A stretch of DNA of 64,000 bases from a virus (IMGVR_UViG_3300036790_000048:75588-139587); one strand, 5' to 3'; counted from the first letter of the stretch, positions 54,666 to 62,491 are shown. The notes: generated by a model from the letters alone, not told the origin. A program made the numbers and translations.

Positions 54666-56018
54666 TCACAACCTCGCGTTAGGCTGCCCGGCCATACCGC
54701 CGCCAGCTGTCTGGTTCTCCATGCCCATCCGCCCGAAGTACGCCCGCCGCACCCGGTCAATGAAGCTCGCGATCTGCGACGCCGCCCCCTGCATCTGCCC
54801 GATCTCCGCCTGCGCCTTGGCCCACACCTGCTGCTGGCTGGCCTGCTCAGCCGGTGGCGTGTTCGCGCTGTAGACGTAGGCGATCCGCGGCCGGTTGATC
54901 ATGACGCGCTCGCGCCACTCGTCCTGTATGGCCATCTGCGCCGATCGCAGGCTGGCCAGGGCCGACACCGGGTTGTTGACGATCTTCTCGGCCGCGCTCT
55001 CCAGGTGCTGCTCCGCCCCCAGCAGGTGGTGGTTCTCGTCATCGTCGTGCATCCCGGCCAGCTGAGTGGCGAAGTCTCGCAGCTCCTTGGGCGTGGGCAG
55101 CGGCACGCTCGGCGGCAGCGGCGGGGACGGGCTGACCGTCTGGCTGGGAGCCTGCTGCAGCTGGCCGTACATGTACTGCGGCTTGGTGCCAGGCGCGCTG
55201 ATCACCGTGGCGTTAGTCGGCATGTCGCTAGGCGGAGACAGGAAGCTCTTGCTGTACGCCTTGCCGCTCGGCCACCCGGCCGGGGCCGCCAGCTTCACCG
55301 GGCAGTCATCATCATGGTAAAACCGCACTCGCCACCCAGTGCAGCATCGAAGATTCCCAGAGAAGAAGCTATCCCTAGTCGCATTAGCCGCAAGTGCATG
55401 CGCTAGACGCTCAGTCGCCAAGTCCGCAGTCGCCTTGACGTGGTGGCTCTCGTGCCCGCCGTGCTTACCGTGCTCAGCGTGCGCCTTGGCCCGCGACGCC
55501 TCCCACTCGGCCACGTTCTTGGCCGCAGCCGCCTTGACGTCCGGGTGCGTCCGCTTGCCCTTGCCGCTCTTGGTCTTCCACCCGCCGGGGTTGACGCCCG
55601 CGGCCCATTTCTTGACGATGCCGATGGCCACCCCGTACGCCTGGTGCTTGCCGTACCGGCCCACCAGGTGCTTGTAGAGGTGCTCCACGTACGGTGGCAG
55701 GTGCTCGCCCTTGATATGGAACAGGCCCGGCCCGCCAGGGGGAACGGTCGGCTGCACCACCGTGGACGCCTCAGGCGTGCGCGGCGTGAACTTCATCAGC
55801 GCGCCGCCGCTATCGGGAGGCTCGACCTCTCCCGAGTGCTTGGGCGGCGTGACCTGCCGGTGCCCGTTGACGACGCTCTCGTACCACGGGCAGGTCCGCA
55901 TCAGGAGGTCATGAACGTCATCGTCCGTGTCGTCCTTGTCCACGATGCCCACATCAGCCGGCTGCACCTGGCTGATATCAGCCAGCCGCAGCACCTTCTC
56001 CAGCGAGGACTCAGACAT
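54666..56018 (-). CDS. tagged head-region protein
   Basis: MSESSLEKVLRLA; LPPYVEH...KKWAAG...AEWE domain; motif 9 nt upstream. Confidence 0.75.
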   Translation of the reverse strand: MSESSLEKVLRLADISQVQPADVGIVDKDDTDDDVHDLLMRTCPWYESVVNGHRQVTPPKHSGEVEPPDSGGALMKFTPRTPEASTVVQPTVPPGGPGLFHIKGEHLPPYVEHLYKHLVGRYGKHQAYGVAIGIVKKWAAGVNPGGWKTKSGKGKRTHPDVKAAAAKNVAEWEASRAKAHAEHGKHGGHESHHVKATADLATERLAHALAANATRDSFFSGNLRCCTGWRVRFYHDDDCPVKLAAPAGWPSGKAYSKSFLSPPSDMPTNATVISAPGTKPQYMYGQLQQAPSQTVSPSPPLPPSVPLPTPKELRDFATQLAGMHDDDENHHLLGAEQHLESAAEKIVNNPVSALASLRSAQMAIQDEWRERVMINRPRIAYVYSANTPPAEQASQQQVWAKAQAEIGQMQGAASQIASFIDRVRRAYFGRMGMENQTAGGGMAGQPNARL

Positions 56019-56041
56019 ACCCCATTCCATCGGGCATGAGG

Positions 56042-56073
56042 TGGCCCGGCTCCCTACCCAAGGAGCCGGGCCA
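56042..56073. terminator. 12-bp perfect hairpin closing the RNA locus
   Basis: TGGCCCGGCTCC-N8-GGAGCCGGGCCA. Confidence 0.7.
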
Positions 56074-56091
56074 TGTGCGCTCAACACGCGA

Positions 56092-56166
56092 TTGTCATCG
56101 CCGGATTTGAACCGGCAATCTACAGATTAAGAGTCTGTTGGCTTTTCCTGGTTAGCCTAGACGACG
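56092..56166 (-). tRNA. tRNA-Lys(CTT), atypical
   Basis: D arm GGCT/AGCC; anticodon arm ACAGA-CT CTT AA-TCTGT; T arm GCCGG-TTCAAAT-CCGGC; C1:A72 mismatch; CCA not encoded. Confidence 0.8.
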
Positions 56167-56167
56167 G

Positions 56168-56516
56168 AGCACCGTTCTGAATCGCTTCCCCAATCTCGCG
56201 GATCATGCGTGGCGAGGGCGGCTTCCCGTTAGCCCAGGCCGCCATGTACTGGAGGCGGCCCCCGGAATCGAACCGGGATCTCCCTGAGCCGAGCCCGCAG
56301 AGCGGCTGGCGAAGGGCGCTTTGTTCTGATTCTGTGAGCGAAACGCTGATGCTGAGACTGTGGCTGATTCTGTCGCTGAGTCTGTCGCTCACCCACATAC
56401 TACCGCCCGGCATGACAGGTGTCACCGGCGGATGCGAACCACCGGTGGCACTGGGGCCAGTTCTCATGAACGGCGAGGGCCGAACTGTTGCCCGCAAAAG
56501 CTCCCTCGCGCGCCTG
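56168..56516 (-). ncRNA. structured ncRNA with permuted tRNA-like domain, (CAGNNN)7 loop and minihelix
   Basis: Base pairings traced by hand; see findings. Confidence 0.65.
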
Positions 56517-57254
56517 TCAGGACCGGAACAGGAAGTCGAAGATCTCCCGGCCCTCGCTGATGTCCGTCACGGTGGCGGCGTTGGCCTCTTCCCGCGCGAA
56601 CTTGACTGCCTCTCGCAGCTGGTTGATCCGGTCGAGCAGCTTGCGCTTGCCCTCCGGGGCCAGCGCCCCCGAGAACTTGACCGCGGTCCAGTAGCCGACC
56701 ACCTCATCGCGCGCCATCACCTGCACGTTGGCCGGGTGCTGCGCCGTCGCCTCAGACAGAACGTGGTTGTACGGCTTCTTTTCCGTGCGCTCGGTCTCGA
56801 CCGGCGGCGTCTTGGCCACGCCGTGGTCCTGCCCCTCGGTGCTCCAGGTGGTGGCCTGGTCGAGGACGGGGATCTTGAGGACGAAGTCATGCAGCACCCC
56901 CAGCTCCCGCTCAAGGAAGAACAGGTGCCCGGTGGAGACAGCCGACAGGATGGTCTGCCCGTCCACCTTGACGTCCGTTGACGCCTTGGCGTTCGCGTCG
57001 TCCAGCGTCCGCGTAACATTCAGGAACCGGGTCATCAGCTGCTCCACCTTATCCAGGGTGTCCGCCGCGGTGACCTGCACCCGCGTGGACTGTGGCGGCA
57101 GCTGCACGCCGTCGTCGGCCCGCGGCCGGTAGGTACGGCTGAGGCCCGTCAGCAGCTCAGGCTGAGTGACATTGCGCCCCAGGGCATCGATCTGAGCGGT
57201 GACGTCAGCCTTGACGCCGCCTACGACTGAGATAATTTGGCTGATTCGTGTCAT
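56517..57254 (-). CDS. conserved uncharacterised protein (recalled as DUF7873-like; unverified)
   Basis: QII.V..GVK, L.G.SRTY.P..DDG..LPP...RVQ, LFLE, P.LD, AT..HPA.V..D..VG.W...KFSGA, AVK.AREEAN. Confidence 0.85.
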   Translation of the reverse strand: MTRISQIISVVGGVKADVTAQIDALGRNVTQPELLTGLSRTYRPRADDGVQLPPQSTRVQVTAADTLDKVEQLMTRFLNVTRTLDDANAKASTDVKVDGQTILSAVSTGHLFFLERELGVLHDFVLKIPVLDQATTWSTEGQDHGVAKTPPVETERTEKKPYNHVLSEATAQHPANVQVMARDEVVGYWTAVKFSGALAPEGKRKLLDRINQLREAVKFAREEANAATVTDISEGREIFDFLFRS

Positions 57255-57300
57255 GACCTATTGCTACCGCCGATAGACACGACGGTGCAACCGGTTTTCC

Positions 57301-57741
57301 CTAGACGTTGTACTCGGCCAGCTCCTCAGCCAGGATCGGCATCAGCTCGCGCACCGTTGAATCGGGACCGGCCCGCCGCAGCGCCGCGTTCATCGCCGCC
57401 TTGAACCCGGCCACGAACCGCTGCTCAGGCGTCTGGCTGTTGCGATGCAGCTGCGTGGAGAACTCGGTGGTGAACCGCAGCCACAGCTTGTTCAGCATCT
57501 CCAGCTGCTCCACGTCCAGCGCGTTGGCCGCCTCCTGCCGCCTCACCTGCACATACATGGTGGCGATGCGCTCGATCAGCAGCGTCATCATGGTGGTCAT
57601 GGGCAGGGCCTCTGACTCCCGCCGCATGTCGGTGACGATGCCGTCCCACATCCGGTACCACTCGTCCGGCAGCTGCTGTGGCCTCATCTCCTGGCTGAGA
57701 ACAAGGTCCCGGCTGCGCAGTGCGACGTCCTTAGCCGCCAT
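57301..57741 (-). CDS. putative terminase small subunit
   Basis: Helical protein (LLIERIA..Y..R..E) at the head of the packaging operon; positional inference. Confidence 0.4.
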   Translation of the reverse strand: MAAKDVALRSRDLVLSQEMRPQQLPDEWYRMWDGIVTDMRRESEALPMTTMMTLLIERIATMYVQVRRQEAANALDVEQLEMLNKLWLRFTTEFSTQLHRNSQTPEQRFVAGFKAAMNAALRRAGPDSTVRELMPILAEELAEYNV

Positions 57742-58051
57742 GCGATTCGCCGGCCTCGCCGGAGTCGGCGTCACCGACGTGCTGCACAGCCTCGGCCTCC
57801 ACCTCGGCGTCCTGCGGCTCCTGGGCCGCGTTCTCGGGCTGGACGCTGTTGGGCTGCGGCGCGACCGGGGCCTTGGCCCCCACGTCCTGCGGCTCGTCGT
57901 CAGGCTTGTCCTTGTCCTTCACCTTGGCTCCGCTCGAATCGCAAGGGCATGGCACAGGCTCCGTGCAGGACGCCCCGCAAGCCGAGCACCACAGGGCCAT
58001 GCTGTCGGACAGCTGGATGTGCGTCAGGGGATCAGGCGCGTAAGTCGTCAT
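57731..58051 (-). CDS. Cys-containing low-complexity protein
   Basis: WCSACG..C...CPC; CGATA 9 nt upstream. Confidence 0.55.
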   Translation of the reverse strand: MTTYAPDPLTHIQLSDSMALWCSACGASCTEPVPCPCDSSGAKVKDKDKPDDEPQDVGAKAPVAPQPNSVQPENAAQEPQDAEVEAEAVQHVGDADSGEAGESHGG

Positions 58052-58067
58052 GCATGTATCTATCGAG

Positions 58068-58814
58068 TCATGTCCCGGTGTGATGATAGGACACGTCCAC
58101 CGGCTCGCCCTCCCGGCGACGGTACTGCTGAGGCTCCAGCCCAGGCATGAAGCACCGCGACGTGTGCTCCTCGAACGCAGCCGGCACGGTGTGCACGCCG
58201 CCGTACTGGCCGATGTGCTGGGACCTAGACAGCGCCGGGACAGCCGTGACCATCCCGCGCTCACCGCACCAGTAGTCGATGATGCGCCGGTCCCACCCGT
58301 CGTGCTCGTAGTTGAACGTCCAGTCCGGGGCGATCATGGTCTCCCACCGGTCGCGCCAGGTGCCCCACACCCACCCCGTCCAGCCGCGGACGAGCAGCAC
58401 CTCATCCGCCTCCCCCTGCGCCTCGAACTGGGTGGCCGACACGGAGATCACGCGCTTGTCCAGGTAGAACTCCTCCTGCGCCCAGGCGAAGTACTCCAGT
58501 ATGTCCGCGCCCACCACGAAGTCATCCTCAGCCAGGATCACGAAGTCGTGCGGCTTAGGCTCCGGCACGCTGTTGAACCCGCACCAGATGGCGTGGAACG
58601 GGTTGGCCTGCACACCCAGGCGCGTGTTGTTGAGGTGGACCGTCCACTCAGCGAAGCCCACTCCCGTGCACACGGACAGGACCTCGGGGTGCCCCGGCTC
58701 CAGGTGGAAGTCCAGCATCGCGTCCCCGACGCCGCGCACCTTGGCCCAGCTCTCCAGGGTCCGCCGCATGTACTCGGGCCGGTCGTTGCCGGTGAACACG
58801 ATCCGCTGCGTCAT
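58068..58814 (-). CDS. GT-A glycosyltransferase, GT13 (GnT-I)-like
   Basis: NDRPEY..RTL, ILAEDD, WVWGTW.DRW, GWD and P.LSRSQHIG..G motifs. Confidence 0.8.
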   Translation of the reverse strand: MTQRIVFTGNDRPEYMRRTLESWAKVRGVGDAMLDFHLEPGHPEVLSVCTGVGFAEWTVHLNNTRLGVQANPFHAIWCGFNSVPEPKPHDFVILAEDDFVVGADILEYFAWAQEEFYLDKRVISVSATQFEAQGEADEVLLVRGWTGWVWGTWRDRWETMIAPDWTFNYEHDGWDRRIIDYWCGERGMVTAVPALSRSQHIGQYGGVHTVPAAFEEHTSRCFMPGLEPQQYRRREGEPVDVSYHHTGT

Positions 58815-59272
58815 GCCTTTTTCTCCAGCGAGAACGCCAGGTCGTACCCCAGCAGGCGGCCCTTGCGCTTGTGGAACCACACGCCGCCGTACGCGGCGTT
58901 GTGCCGGTCCCCCAGCTCGGTGCCCCAGCACCAGTAGTCGAACGTCAGGTCAGTGCACCCGCGCTTGTGGGTCGGGTCCGTCCATGCGTTCTCGTACCGC
59001 CAGTCCGGTACCCGGATCTCCAGTACCCCGCCAGGCATCAGGATGCGGTGGCACTCGGTCATGAACAGCAGCGGCTTGTCCAGGTGCTCGAAGACGTCCA
59101 TGGCGTGGATCACCTCGGCGCACCCGTCCGGCCACGGCCACGGCGCGACGTCCAGGTCGCACACGACGTCAACGCCAGGGACAGCCACGATGTCCGAGTT
59201 GACGAACCCAGGCAGGATGTCACTGCCGCAGCCGATGTTGAGCCTGATGGTATCGCTGTCGAACCTGGTCAT
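58811..59272 (-). CDS. class I SAM methyltransferase (Methyltransf_11-like)
   Basis: LNIGCG, VFEHL, RIL.PGG.L.I.VP and DPTH motifs. Confidence 0.9.
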   Translation of the reverse strand: MTRFDSDTIRLNIGCGSDILPGFVNSDIVAVPGVDVVCDLDVAPWPWPDGCAEVIHAMDVFEHLDKPLLFMTECHRILMPGGVLEIRVPDWRYENAWTDPTHKRGCTDLTFDYWCWGTELGDRHNAAYGGVWFHKRKGRLLGYDLAFSLEKKA

Positions 59273-60045
59273 GGCGTCTCCCTCGGCCTGAACCAATGCT
59301 CCGGGCAGCGGTGCTCGTAGACGTACCGCGGCCAGTCCTCTGTTACCGTCACACCGGCCTGGTGCGTCCCGCCGTGGGTGTATCCCTCCCGGTATGACCG
59401 GCCGCTGGCCGCGCGCTCGTACTCCTCCACCGTCTGCTCCAGGTGACAGTGCCGGTGCAGCTTGCGCATGACCGCCTCATGCGGCCCCAGCGAGGTGATG
59501 TGCCACCCCGCCCTCTCGATGCGCGCGTAGCCGTGCTTGCCGCGCCGGAAGTCGTTGACAGACGGTGGCAGGTTGCCGTACCGCACCGCGACCGTGGTCA
59601 GATCCTCGAAGTCCGACAGCCAGTCCACAGCGTACTGATGCACCCGCATGATCATGGTGGCCGCCCCGCCCGCCTCGGTGAGCCGCATAGCCTCCGCCAC
59701 CGCCGACGCCCGCGGTATCTCGTCCACGTCCCCGTGCAGCACCAGGTCGTCAGGCTCAGCCTTCAGCAGCCCAGCTCGCGCGAACTCGCGCTGCGCCCCC
59801 TCCCGCGCCCACGCGTCGCCCGTCTGCGCCGGTGTCGGCAGGCCAGTGGCGACGACAGGGATAATGCGGCCGCTCCAGGCCGCGAACCGGTCCTGGTTCA
59901 GCTGGTAGACCAGCTGCTTCGGGTTGCCGCGGTGGTCAACGTCGGCCTCCACCACCACGTGCCTGACCGGCAGGGACTCCAGCTCCACCAGACGGCACTC
60001 CAGCACGTCCAGCTCATCATGGAACAGGAAGGTATCCCAGATCAC
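59269..60045 (-). CDS. GT17 (GnT-III/MGAT3)-like glycosyltransferase
   Basis: DTFLF.DELD.LE.RL.EL, VVVEA, W.RE..QR, DVDEIP and AGWH motifs. Confidence 0.85.
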   Translation of the reverse strand: MIWDTFLFHDELDVLECRLVELESLPVRHVVVEADVDHRGNPKQLVYQLNQDRFAAWSGRIIPVVATGLPTPAQTGDAWAREGAQREFARAGLLKAEPDDLVLHGDVDEIPRASAVAEAMRLTEAGGAATMIMRVHQYAVDWLSDFEDLTTVAVRYGNLPPSVNDFRRGKHGYARIERAGWHITSLGPHEAVMRKLHRHCHLEQTVEEYERAASGRSYREGYTHGGTHQAGVTVTEDWPRYVYEHRCPEHWFRPRETP

Positions 60046-60629
60046 ACCCGGACGACTCCCATCCCGTATGACCCAGGCCTGTTCTCCCACGACAGACCAT
60101 GCGCGTGGCAGTACTCCGTGATCGCCGCAGCCACAACGCCGCCCGGATACCCCAGGTCAGTGTCCGCGTGCGCTAGCCACTGCGTGTCATGGAACAGCGC
60201 GACCCCGCCCGCCTTGACACGCGGCATATACGCGTTCATCTCGGCCAGGACGTGCTCTTTGGTGTGCGCCGCGTCCACGAACAGCACGTCGCACTCCGCT
60301 GGCATCCATGCCTGAGCCGCGTCTGATACGTCGCTGACCCCCAGGACAGTGTGCCAGTCAGGGTGATCCCACCAGGTGACACGATCCAGCCCACCGGACT
60401 TCTCAGCCCCGAGCTGCTCCCTGGTCTGGATATCACAGGAGTGCAGAACGCCGCCTGCCAGCTCCGCTGCCGACAACAGCGCGCAGGTGGAGTTGCCTGC
60501 CTGTATGCCCAGCTCTATGACTACCGGCTTGTCATAGGACAGCACCGTCCCATGCATGAACTCCAGATGGCCTTGGATATCCGTCCAGATGCCGAGCCTG
60601 CGCCGGTACTCCGCCAGTACGTCCGTCAT
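60042..60629 (-). CDS. class I SAM methyltransferase (Methyltransf_24-like)
   Basis: IELG...GNST, DVLFVDAAH and GG..LFHDT motifs. Confidence 0.9.
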   Translation of the reverse strand: MTDVLAEYRRRLGIWTDIQGHLEFMHGTVLSYDKPVVIELGIQAGNSTCALLSAAELAGGVLHSCDIQTREQLGAEKSGGLDRVTWWDHPDWHTVLGVSDVSDAAQAWMPAECDVLFVDAAHTKEHVLAEMNAYMPRVKAGGVALFHDTQWLAHADTDLGYPGGVVAAAITEYCHAHGLSWENRPGSYGMGVVRV

Positions 60630-61210
60630 CGCGCCGAGATCCCTGAGCATGCAACACGCAGACCAGCTGGAACAAGCCCAACGTTGGCAAACTGCGGGTC
60701 ACTCAGCGCAGTACCATCGCTGTAGCAAGCAACCTGAACGCTGGTCATGTCCATTGGATCAGCCAGGCTGGCAAAAGACCTCCAGGTTACTCCATCCCGG
60801 GACACATCAAAGTGCACGGTACCGTCTACCTCTGCGATACGGAGGAACCGGTGGAGATCAGAGCTGTATGTCTCCGACTGAATAGCCGAGTGCCCTGTAT
60901 AAACGGCCTCTACCACCCCGCCACATTGCAGCCAGACAGCATCGCCACTTACCGTATCTGCCACCAGGAAGAACTGGTTGCCACCGTTGCTGTCTACTAG
61001 CTCTACAGACACGGCACTGTCCGTCAGATCGAATGCATCCTGGGAAGTGATGCCAGAGCTGGCACCGGTGGCACAGGTGATCAGCCCGTATGAATACGAG
61101 ATGGATGTGCCGTAAGCGGTGCCATTTGGCTCCGACGTGTCTTGCCATACCGCGGCATTCAAAGACGCCGCGATGAACCTGTCCTGAAGGCTTTCGGCCT
61201 TTACTGACAT
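60626..61210 (-). CDS. ConA/lectin-like beta-sandwich protein
   Basis: FDLTDS.VSV, FLRI.E..GTV.F..S.DG.TW; similar to a tail-tip insert; lower GC. Confidence 0.6.
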   Translation of the reverse strand: MSVKAESLQDRFIAASLNAAVWQDTSEPNGTAYGTSISYSYGLITCATGASSGITSQDAFDLTDSAVSVELVDSNGGNQFFLVADTVSGDAVWLQCGGVVEAVYTGHSAIQSETYSSDLHRFLRIAEVDGTVHFDVSRDGVTWRSFASLADPMDMTSVQVACYSDGTALSDPQFANVGLVPAGLRVACSGISAR

Positions 61211-61219
61211 TTGATTCTC

Positions 61220-61852
61220 CTATCCTCCATTGGGTGGCCAAGACTCGTTCCACTGCCCGGCCTCGGCCATCTGCTGCGCCTGCAAGTACTGCGCCAGGTC
61301 GTATTCCATCCGCTGCTGCTCGGACATCCCCGCGCCGCGGCGGTGCTGCGCGTAGTAGTGAGTGAACTGGTAGCCCGTCCGCAGCACCGGCTCCCACCCA
61401 GCTCGCCGGGCGCGCCACGACACCCAGTCGTCCGTGTAGTAGTGCGCGGTGAACAGCGGGCCGATCGCGGAGTACTGCTCCATGGAGAAGAACGGCAACG
61501 CCGACATGGCCACCGGCGTCCAGTCCGGTGCCACCAACCCAGGCCGCGGGCACGACTGCGGATAGCCAGAGGGGTCGTAGCACTGAGGAGCCGGTACCTT
61601 ACCCGCCTCGACCGCCTCCACCGCCGGCTGCCACCAGCCTGGCCGTGCCTCGATGTCATCGCACGTCAGGTGAACGTAGTCCCCGTGCGCGTGCTCCATG
61701 CCCGCGTCCCAGGCGACACCGCACGTCGGCCAGTCAGTCTCCACAATCAGATCCAGCCCGATGTCTTTCGTCGTCTCACGATAGGACTGCACGCACCGTG
61801 CGAAGTGGTCCTCGCGCCCGGTCACAGTGGGAATAATAACGCTGATCCTCAT
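61220..61852 (-). CDS. GT2 glycosyltransferase
   Basis: ISVIIPT..GR, LTCDD and YYTDD motifs. Confidence 0.85.
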   Translation of the reverse strand: MRISVIIPTVTGREDHFARCVQSYRETTKDIGLDLIVETDWPTCGVAWDAGMEHAHGDYVHLTCDDIEARPGWWQPAVEAVEAGKVPAPQCYDPSGYPQSCPRPGLVAPDWTPVAMSALPFFSMEQYSAIGPLFTAHYYTDDWVSWRARRAGWEPVLRTGYQFTHYYAQHRRGAGMSEQQRMEYDLAQYLQAQQMAEAGQWNESWPPNGG

Positions 61853-62466
61853 GTCAGGTACTCCCTCAACTTAGCCACGTCCGCAGCCAATAGCCCATCG
61901 AACATGCCATCAGACCAGCGCGGTTTCAGTCCGCTCCCCTCGCGGAACGTCAGATCGTCAGGCGTTCTGTGCTCCAGCAGGAGCGGCGTGGGGACTTCCA
62001 CATCAAGCTGCTCTCCCACCCACTGCATCCACGAATCAGAATAAGCACCCAGGCTCACGTGCCCGAGGACCTGCGTCCACACCCGCGGCCAGATAGGGAA
62101 CGCGTTGCAGTGCGGGTACCCGTTCAGCACTGACGGCCACAGCAATGCCGGCTTGTGTCCAGCTATCACATTGTCCCAGGCGGACGTGCGCATCACCGCG
62201 TCGTCGTTCCACAAGAACAGCCAGTCGCCAGTAGCCTGCTCGGCCAGCGCGTTGTAGTACTCCTCCAGACGACGGTAGCCGTACCGCTCAGGTGCAGTCC
62301 ACACCCGCATGCCAGGTATATCCCACGGCGGCCATGCATCGTCAGGATCGATAGCCACCAGGATCTCCACAGTCTCCGGGTGCGCCGCGTTATCCACCAG
62401 TGACATGACGGAACCCCGCAGCAGCTCAGGCCTGCCGCGCGTCGGGAGCATCACCGAGATCCTCAT
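61849..62466 (-). CDS. GT2 glycosyltransferase
   Basis: ISVMLPTRGRP, EILV..D.DD, N.LA..ATGDWL.LWNDD and FPIWP motifs. Confidence 0.9.
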   Translation of the reverse strand: MRISVMLPTRGRPELLRGSVMSLVDNAAHPETVEILVAIDPDDAWPPWDIPGMRVWTAPERYGYRRLEEYYNALAEQATGDWLFLWNDDAVMRTSAWDNVIAGHKPALLWPSVLNGYPHCNAFPIWPRVWTQVLGHVSLGAYSDSWMQWVGEQLDVEVPTPLLLEHRTPDDLTFREGSGLKPRWSDGMFDGLLAADVAKLREYLT

Positions 62467-62491
62467 CGCTTCTCCAGCTGCTCCTGCCACG

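Noticed and set aside
56168-56320. Canonical two-piece tmRNA
   Set aside because: No G3:U70 pair, a full D stem is present, the downstream piece is too short and no Ala-ending tag frame is visible.
56120-56497. 125-aa minus-strand ORF, and plus-strand ORF 56205..56981
   Set aside because: They overlap the tRNA-like structures, which explain the sequence better. A short translated tag is not excluded.
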